NCBI GenBank assembly: GCA_021734835.1
Contig: JAIPIH010000004.1
Span: forward strand, 96,674-160,673
Source of the DNA: Candidatus Cloacimonadota bacterium
GTDB lineage: Bacteria > Cloacimonadota > Cloacimonadia > Cloacimonadales > TCS61
DNA: 64,000 nt
Direction: 5' to 3'
The notes under the pieces are model-generated. The model was not told the DNA's origin. It searched no databases and was given only the letters and a program-made list of their open reading frames with translations. A program made the position numbers and the translations under genes. Positions 58,265-64,000 of the stretch are shown piece by piece (position 1 is the stretch's first letter; each line of letters starts with the position of its first letter).

Positions 58265-59233
58265 TCAATATCGCTTTATCACATAAAAGCTGAAGTCGTT
58301 TGCTCTAAGTTTTTGCATAATTTCTTTTAAATCATCTTTTTCATCAAATGGTCCAGCAGCAACAACGTAAAGCTTGCTACTGTCTTTAATTTTTGAGAAA
58401 ACAATGTGGTTATAACCTACTACTTTGATCTTTTCTCCATATTGTCTGGCGCTGGCTTCAGAACTGAATGCCCCGACTTGAAGGTAGATCTTAAGATCTT
58501 CACCTGTTGCGGCTTTAGTGTCATCCTCAATATCATTTTTTCTAAAGGAGGTTATATCTAATGGATCAAGTTCCAATTTTTTTTCTTTACCGAGATTATA
58601 GATCCTATCATCTGCTAAATAACAGTATTGATCATACGGAAAGTCTTGTTTTAACTTTTTATAAAACATAAGAGCTTGGGTATATTTACCCTGCTTTTCT
58701 TTACAAATTCCCATTGTGTAATGTAATAAGGCGATGTTATTATTAATATATTTCGAGGTTCTCAAACTTTCTAAAGTATTATAGGCACGCTTATACATAT
58801 TTTGTTGTAAATAAGCATCTGCGATCAGAAAATAAGCATTTTCAATTTTAGCTCTATCGTCTGATTCTGCTATATAAATTTGGCTGGAAACAATAGCGAG
58901 TTGATTTTTACCTATTTTTAAATATGCTTTTGCCAGCCAGTATTGTTTATCTGTTATATTTTCATGGTAGATTTTTTTTAATTTGGATATTGAACTTTTA
59001 AAATCACGTTCAAAGTAAGCAAGTTTGGCTAATTCAAATAGAGATTGTTGACCATATAAAGAGGAATTGTCTTCCTGATAAACACCTTCTAAAATCTGTT
59101 TCATTTTGATAGTATCTATTTCTTTTTTTGCTGCATTATATTGATCTTTTTGTGTGGTGTTACCGTAAACAAATATTATTGTATTAACTAAAATTAACAA
59201 AATTAAAATTTCTTTTTTCATATTAATCTTCAT
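58265..59233 (-). CDS. Secreted TPR-repeat protein with a C-terminal SPOR domain
   Basis: Signal peptide, TPR-like helices, YLQVGAFSS...A and Y.V..GPF. Confidence 0.8.
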   Translation of the reverse strand: MKINMKKEILILLILVNTIIFVYGNTTQKDQYNAAKKEIDTIKMKQILEGVYQEDNSSLYGQQSLFELAKLAYFERDFKSSISKLKKIYHENITDKQYWLAKAYLKIGKNQLAIVSSQIYIAESDDRAKIENAYFLIADAYLQQNMYKRAYNTLESLRTSKYINNNIALLHYTMGICKEKQGKYTQALMFYKKLKQDFPYDQYCYLADDRIYNLGKEKKLELDPLDITSFRKNDIEDDTKAATGEDLKIYLQVGAFSSEASARQYGEKIKVVGYNHIVFSKIKDSSKLYVVAAGPFDEKDDLKEIMQKLRANDFSFYVIKRY

Positions 59234-60422
59234 TATTTTTTTTTCTTACAATACCCCAGTTAGGAATTTTATTGTCAAGGTCAAGTCTAATGGTCGTGTT
59301 CGGTTTTGCTGATTGAATAGCGATATTCTCTTCATCAAATATTTCTTTTACAGTATATTGAAAATCATCCTCAAAATCGGGAAAAATAAACTCCAAAGTA
59401 TCATCTACAGAGAATTTTGATCTTATTGCAATAAAGGCTGACTGTTGGATAGTTTTGGTTATTTCGCCAATAAATTGATACTCTCTAATGTAAGCTGATG
59501 AACCGTAATATTGTGTTTTCTTACTGTCATTACTATTAAAGAAAGATTCGCTGTAACGTCTGTGACTGATTTTATTCAATTCATTTTTGATATTATCAGA
59601 TATTTTATTATTTCCTATATCTATAGCTGATCTGTATGCTCTGGTAACTGCAGCTACATAATAGATACTTTTCATCCTCCCTTCGATCTTCACGCTGTCG
59701 AGTTCTAATTCGGTTATCTCCGCTATTCGATTTATCAAATTCAAATCCTTGGAATTAAAAAAGTAGGAACCGTACTTATCTTGCTCAATTCGGAATTGTT
59801 CTCCGGGTCTTGATCTTTCTACCAAGTCATATTCCCATCTGCATGGCTGAGTACATAGACCTTGATTTGCGCTACGATCGTTAAGAAATGCACTGATCAA
59901 ACAACGTCCTGAATAAGACATACACATGGCTCCTTGCACAAAAATTTCTAACTCGATCTCTGGAACTTTCTGCTTGATCTCAGCGATATCCTTAATATTT
60001 AATTCTCTTGCTAAGATAATCCGTGCTGCACCTTGATCAAACCAGAATTTTGCAGCACTCCAGGACGTCACGTTTGCTTGTGTACTAACATGAATTTTGA
60101 TTTGAGGAGCATATTCCCGTGCTAAGGCAAATACACCCGGATCCGAGATAATTAAGGCATCAACCTGAATAGATTGCAAAAATTGTAAATACTCTGGTAG
60201 AGCTTTAATATCACGATTGAGAGCAAAAATATTTACCGTAACATAAATTTTACGATGATGATCATGGCAAAATTTTACAGCTTTTTTTAATTGTTCTCGA
60301 TTAAAATTAGTACTTTTTGCTCGTAATCCAAAATACTGCCCTGAAGCATAAACTGCATCGGCACCATAATATACGGCATATTTTAGTTTATTCAGATCAC
60401 CAGCAGGCGACAAAAGTTCCAT
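59223..60422 (-). CDS. U32 peptidase family protein (TrhP/YegQ-like, tRNA hydroxylation)
   Basis: ELLSPAG, GADAVY, H.STQAN, GAMCMSYSGRC, N.G.CTQPCR, SKDL and KIEGRMKS.YY. Confidence 0.88.
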   Translation of the reverse strand: MELLSPAGDLNKLKYAVYYGADAVYASGQYFGLRAKSTNFNREQLKKAVKFCHDHHRKIYVTVNIFALNRDIKALPEYLQFLQSIQVDALIISDPGVFALAREYAPQIKIHVSTQANVTSWSAAKFWFDQGAARIILARELNIKDIAEIKQKVPEIELEIFVQGAMCMSYSGRCLISAFLNDRSANQGLCTQPCRWEYDLVERSRPGEQFRIEQDKYGSYFFNSKDLNLINRIAEITELELDSVKIEGRMKSIYYVAAVTRAYRSAIDIGNNKISDNIKNELNKISHRRYSESFFNSNDSKKTQYYGSSAYIREYQFIGEITKTIQQSAFIAIRSKFSVDDTLEFIFPDFEDDFQYTVKEIFDEENIAIQSAKPNTTIRLDLDNKIPNWGIVRKKNNED

Positions 60423-61687
60423 TAACGACTCATTTTTTTTAATAATTCATCATTATTTTTTGTTGCTAACATCTTATTTTTAAGCATTTCAATTCCTTTT
60501 AATGGACTCATACCTTTCAAGAATTGACGTAAAACGAACATGCGTTGTACTTCTTCTTTTGTTAAGAGAAGATCTTCTCTTCTGGTTCCGGATTTGACGA
60601 GATCAACTGCCGGATACATTCTATAATCACTGATTGATCTATCGAGAACCAATTCCATATTTCCTGTTCCTTTAAACTCTTCAAAAATTACCTGATCCAT
60701 TCTACTGCCCGTATCTACAAGTGCAGTTGCGATAATGGTAAGACTTCCTTGCTCGAGAGTATTTCTGGCAGCACCGAAGAACTTTTTTGGTTTATGCAGT
60801 GATCCTGCATCCAAGCCGCCAGATAAAACTCTTCCGCTGGAGGGTTGAGCCATATTGAACGCTCTAGCAAGTCTTGTTATACTATCAAGCATTATTACAA
60901 CATCCTGACCAAGTTCTACCATTCTTTTGGCTTTTTCGATGATCATTTCAGAAACCTGAATATGATTTTTTGGTTGTTCATCAAACGTTGAGGATACAAC
61001 TTCAGAATTAGTCGGGATCAAGATTTTCTTCATCTCAGTAACTTCTTCCGGTCTTTCATCAACCAGCAGCACTATTAAGTAAACTTCTTGATGATTAGTT
61101 AAAATTGAATTCGCGATATGCTGCATTAGGATTGTTTTTCCGGTTCTGGGAGCAGCAACTATCATACCTCTTTGTCCTTTACCAATTGGAGTAAAAAGGT
61201 TAATGATTCGGGCTGACACATTTTTTTGAGTCGTTTCCAGGTTCAGTTTTTGTTCCGGGAAATAAGGCGTTAATTTTTCAAATTTTTTCACCTCTATCAC
61301 AACTAAAGGGTCTTCATAATTAACTGAATCAACTCTGATCAAGGCGAAATATTTTTCTTCATCCTTTGGCGCTCTAGCGGGACCGGAAATAACATGGCCT
61401 TTTTTAAGACCAAATCTCTTTATTTGAGAGCTGGAGACATAAATATCATTTTTCCCGTGTGTATAATTATTCTCCCGGAATCTCAGGAATCCATATCCGT
61501 CATCTACAATTTGCAAACAACCGGACACAAACGCCAACCCTTCTTGCGTTGCCTGCATTTCAAATATTTTATGGATTAATTCCTTTTTCTTTAATCCTTT
61601 TATGTCATCTAATTCTAATTTTTTAGCTATATTATTTAAGTCTGACATATTTAGATCGAAAAGATTCTGTTCTTTTTCGTTATTCAT
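60422..61687 (-). CDS. rho: Transcription termination factor Rho
   Basis: [40 protein letters not shown] and [11 protein letters not shown]. Confidence 0.98.
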   Translation of the reverse strand: MNNEKEQNLFDLNMSDLNNIAKKLELDDIKGLKKKELIHKIFEMQATQEGLAFVSGCLQIVDDGYGFLRFRENNYTHGKNDIYVSSSQIKRFGLKKGHVISGPARAPKDEEKYFALIRVDSVNYEDPLVVIEVKKFEKLTPYFPEQKLNLETTQKNVSARIINLFTPIGKGQRGMIVAAPRTGKTILMQHIANSILTNHQEVYLIVLLVDERPEEVTEMKKILIPTNSEVVSSTFDEQPKNHIQVSEMIIEKAKRMVELGQDVVIMLDSITRLARAFNMAQPSSGRVLSGGLDAGSLHKPKKFFGAARNTLEQGSLTIIATALVDTGSRMDQVIFEEFKGTGNMELVLDRSISDYRMYPAVDLVKSGTRREDLLLTKEEVQRMFVLRQFLKGMSPLKGIEMLKNKMLATKNNDELLKKMSR

Positions 61688-61901
61688 AGATTTCTCCTCA
61701 AATTGTTATTAACTTATAAATACTTATGAGTTACGTAAACAATGTTTGAATGCTTCTCGTTGATGTCAAGTCTTTTAGGTTAGTCTGCCTATAATCGTAA
61801 ACTGATCTTAATTATCAGCAATAATAAATAAATCTTGACATCATAATTATTTTATTAAATATAAACGAAGTGTATAGATACAAATAAATTGGAGGAATAC
61901 T

Positions 61902-62885
61902 ATGAAGAAGATTTTTGGAATTTTAATTTTTACATTCGTGATTTCTGTTTTATTAGCAACCACTATTTACGATATTCAATACACAACAGAACCCGGACCT
62001 GATGGCTATTACCCGTCACCTTTAGATGGCCAGGAAGTAACCGTAATTGGAATCGTTACAGGTGAAAACTATAATAGTGATAACAAATTTTATTTATCTG
62101 ATCCAGAAGGTGGCGCTTGGCACGGAATTTACGTTTATGATTATACCGTTGGACCTGCATTAGGTGATGAAGTAGAAGTTACTGGTACTGTTAGCGAATA
62201 TTATGGTCTTACCGAATTAGGTTATTGCACTATAAATATTTTAAGCAGCGGCAATCCAGTACCGGAGCCTATTTCTGTTACAACTTTAGACTTGGTTGTA
62301 CCAGCAATAGCCGAGCAATATGAAGGCTGTTTGGTTGAAGTTACAAATGTAGAAGTTACAGAAGCTCAAAACGACTATGGTGAATGGTATATCGATGACG
62401 GTTCAGGTGAATGCCAGGTTGATGACGGTTTCTTTTATTTAGATACTGTTGTGCCGCCCATTGAAATAGTTATTGGAATGGAGTGGGCAATTATCAGAGG
62501 GTGTGTTGATTTCGGTTTTGATGAATATTCTATCAACCCCAGAACACCAGATGATCTGATCGATGTGGTCTCCTCAGAAGAGAATACAGTTAATCTTAAT
62601 TCCGAGTTTGTCGGCTGTTATCCTAATCCTTTTAATCCTAGTACTACTATCTATCTCAATTTGAAAGAAGATGGGATGGTGTCTGTTAATGTTTACAATT
62701 TAAAAGGCGAGAAGATCAAAACATTGATCAATCAAAATCTTACAAGTGGAGAACATCATATCGAATGGAATGGAACTGCTCAGAATAATGTTAATGTCTC
62801 TAGTGGCATCTATTTCGTTCAAACCGGAATAGCCCATGACGATAGTGACTATACAAGTGTTAAGAAAGTGATCCTGCTCAAATAA
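61902..62885 (+). CDS. Secreted OB-fold protein with a C-terminal FlgD-Ig/T9SS-like sorting domain
   Basis: TIYDIQ...SP..GQ.VTV.G.VT, GIYVY, GDEV.VTG.V.EYYG.TEL (nuclease-associated OB fold); C-terminal YPNPFNP.T.I...WNG...SSGIYF...K..LLK. Confidence 0.75.
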   Translation: MKKIFGILIFTFVISVLLATTIYDIQYTTEPGPDGYYPSPLDGQEVTVIGIVTGENYNSDNKFYLSDPEGGAWHGIYVYDYTVGPALGDEVEVTGTVSEYYGLTELGYCTINILSSGNPVPEPISVTTLDLVVPAIAEQYEGCLVEVTNVEVTEAQNDYGEWYIDDGSGECQVDDGFFYLDTVVPPIEIVIGMEWAIIRGCVDFGFDEYSINPRTPDDLIDVVSSEENTVNLNSEFVGCYPNPFNPSTTIYLNLKEDGMVSVNVYNLKGEKIKTLINQNLTSGEHHIEWNGTAQNNVNVSSGIYFVQTGIAHDDSDYTSVKKVILLK

Positions 62886-62907
62886 AGAGTAGAATTGTGA
62901 ATTTACA

Positions 62908-63234
62908 ATGAAAAAATTCTTAAAGTTTATTTTTACTTTAGCTAGTATTGCTGGTATTGGATATATTAGTTTAAAATTATATCAGTTGATTAAAGGTCTT
63001 ATTGAATTAGATAAAACCTTACCTCAATATCTAGGTAATATTATTGGTGATGTTCCCAAGATTTCGATTTCCAGTAATTTGAATAATATTTCAATTACGG
63101 TAATTTACAGTAAAGAAGTTATTGAGAAAAATGAAAACTTGGAAAATATCGTAAGAGATTATGTTACAGACTTTTATCCGATATTCAAAGCCGATAAAGT
63201 TACTGTCGTAATTGAAGAAGAACAACCGAAGTAG
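62908..63234 (+). CDS. Hypothetical protein with an N-terminal TM helix
   Basis: ORF between the upstream gene and a terminator; hydrophobic N-terminus. Confidence 0.6.
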   Translation: MKKFLKFIFTLASIAGIGYISLKLYQLIKGLIELDKTLPQYLGNIIGDVPKISISSNLNNISITVIYSKEVIEKNENLENIVRDYVTDFYPIFKADKVTVVIEEEQPK

Positions 63235-63258
63235 AATTAAACATTTAGAGATAAAGAT

Positions 63259-63291
63259 AAAAAAAGGCGCTGAGAAATCAGCGCCTTTTTT
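63259..63291. terminator. Bidirectional intrinsic terminator
   Basis: AAAAAAAGGCGCTGA-GAAA-TCAGCGCCTTTTTT between convergent genes. Confidence 0.9.
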
Positions 63292-63311
63292 ATTGCTTTA
63301 AAAGCTTAACT

Positions 63312-63998
63312 TTAGAATTTATACTCTATTGTTAAGAACACATTCAATAAGGGAGCAGGACTCAGATACGGATAGTAACCTCCTCCAGTAGAATTACCAC
63401 TGGTAGCACCTTCACCGAATACCGGATCATTCCAGCCTATAATATTTCCATCATCATCTTTAACAGGGATTTGCATTCCATAAGCTCTGCCTATATATGC
63501 CTTGGAATAATTATCATCTTTATTCAATATATTATTTACATTCAACTTGATAGATGTTTCATGATTACCAATATAGAAATTATAAGACAACGAACCATTC
63601 AATTCAAAGAATGCTGGTAATTTGGAACTACGCATAATCCATTCTCTATCGAATTCTCCAGTATTTGAAAAATTGATATAGTATTCACCTGAAGCATCAT
63701 CATAATCGTAATGTCCTGTGCCATCGGGATTTTCTACAAACTCATGCTCACCAATGGATTGGAAATCACCATTATCATCATAGTAATAGAGTTGTTTGCA
63801 GTATACATTATCGTATGTCGTATAATAATCATCTGTCCATTTTGCATTCATACCGATCCTAAGTTTACCATTGAGCGGCATTTCCTGGAAAGTATAACCA
63901 AATCCACCGGAAGCCATTTTTTCAGGAGAATAAGGTACTGTCTTGCCCTCTACATCAGCTGCGTTTTCATAGAAGATATTTTGGAAGTTAAGATCACC
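63312..63998 (-). CDS. C-terminal part of a TonB-dependent receptor (runs off the right edge)
   Basis: The frame stays open upstream of the listed ATG 63917 to the window end (…EGKTVPYSPEKM…). LP.F..LN...SY, LNVNNILN and terminal EYKF. Confidence 0.75.
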   Translation of the reverse strand, partial: GDLNFQNIFYENAADVEGKTVPYSPEKMASGGFGYTFQEMPLNGKLRIGMNAKWTDDYYTTYDNVYCKQLYYYDDNGDFQSIGEHEFVENPDGTGHYDYDDASGEYYINFSNTGEFDREWIMRSSKLPAFFELNGSLSYNFYIGNHETSIKLNVNNILNKDDNYSKAYIGRAYGMQIPVKDDDGNIIGWNDPVFGEGATSGNSTGGGYYPYLSPAPLLNVFLTIEYKF

Positions 63999-64000
63999 CC

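Overview
AT-rich bacterial chromosomal DNA of housekeeping type, with no mobile elements or CRISPR array visible. The gene content (TonB receptors, a FlgD-Ig/T9SS-like C-terminal domain protein, bS22, and a GGGP/DGGGP synthase cluster) points to an FCB-group diderm, most likely Cloacimonadota (inference). The window holds: a maltodextrin uptake locus (GH13 amylase, MalE/F/G, a DOMON-like protein and an unannotated Trp-rich outer-membrane protein truncated at the left edge); housekeeping genes (rmuC, add, coaBC, queA, birA, gapN, rnhB, hutI, mutS, rho, HU); a Gly-Cys-Leu tRNA cluster; a TetR-controlled RND pump; a MarR-OsmC-thioredoxin-RMDN-like operon; and a 10-gene operon built around archaeal-type ether-lipid synthases. 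The most striking signal is a divergent thiamine-uptake locus. A canonical TPP riboswitch precedes a TonB-dependent receptor. A second TPP-like aptamer precedes an Na+:solute symporter; it keeps the pyrimidine-sensing arm but has lost the conserved pyrophosphate-binding nucleotides, so it is a candidate riboswitch with altered specificity. Three real ORFs are missing from the supplied track (1..1013, 48168..48329, 55049..55144). All family calls come from motif recognition by eye; no database search was run.
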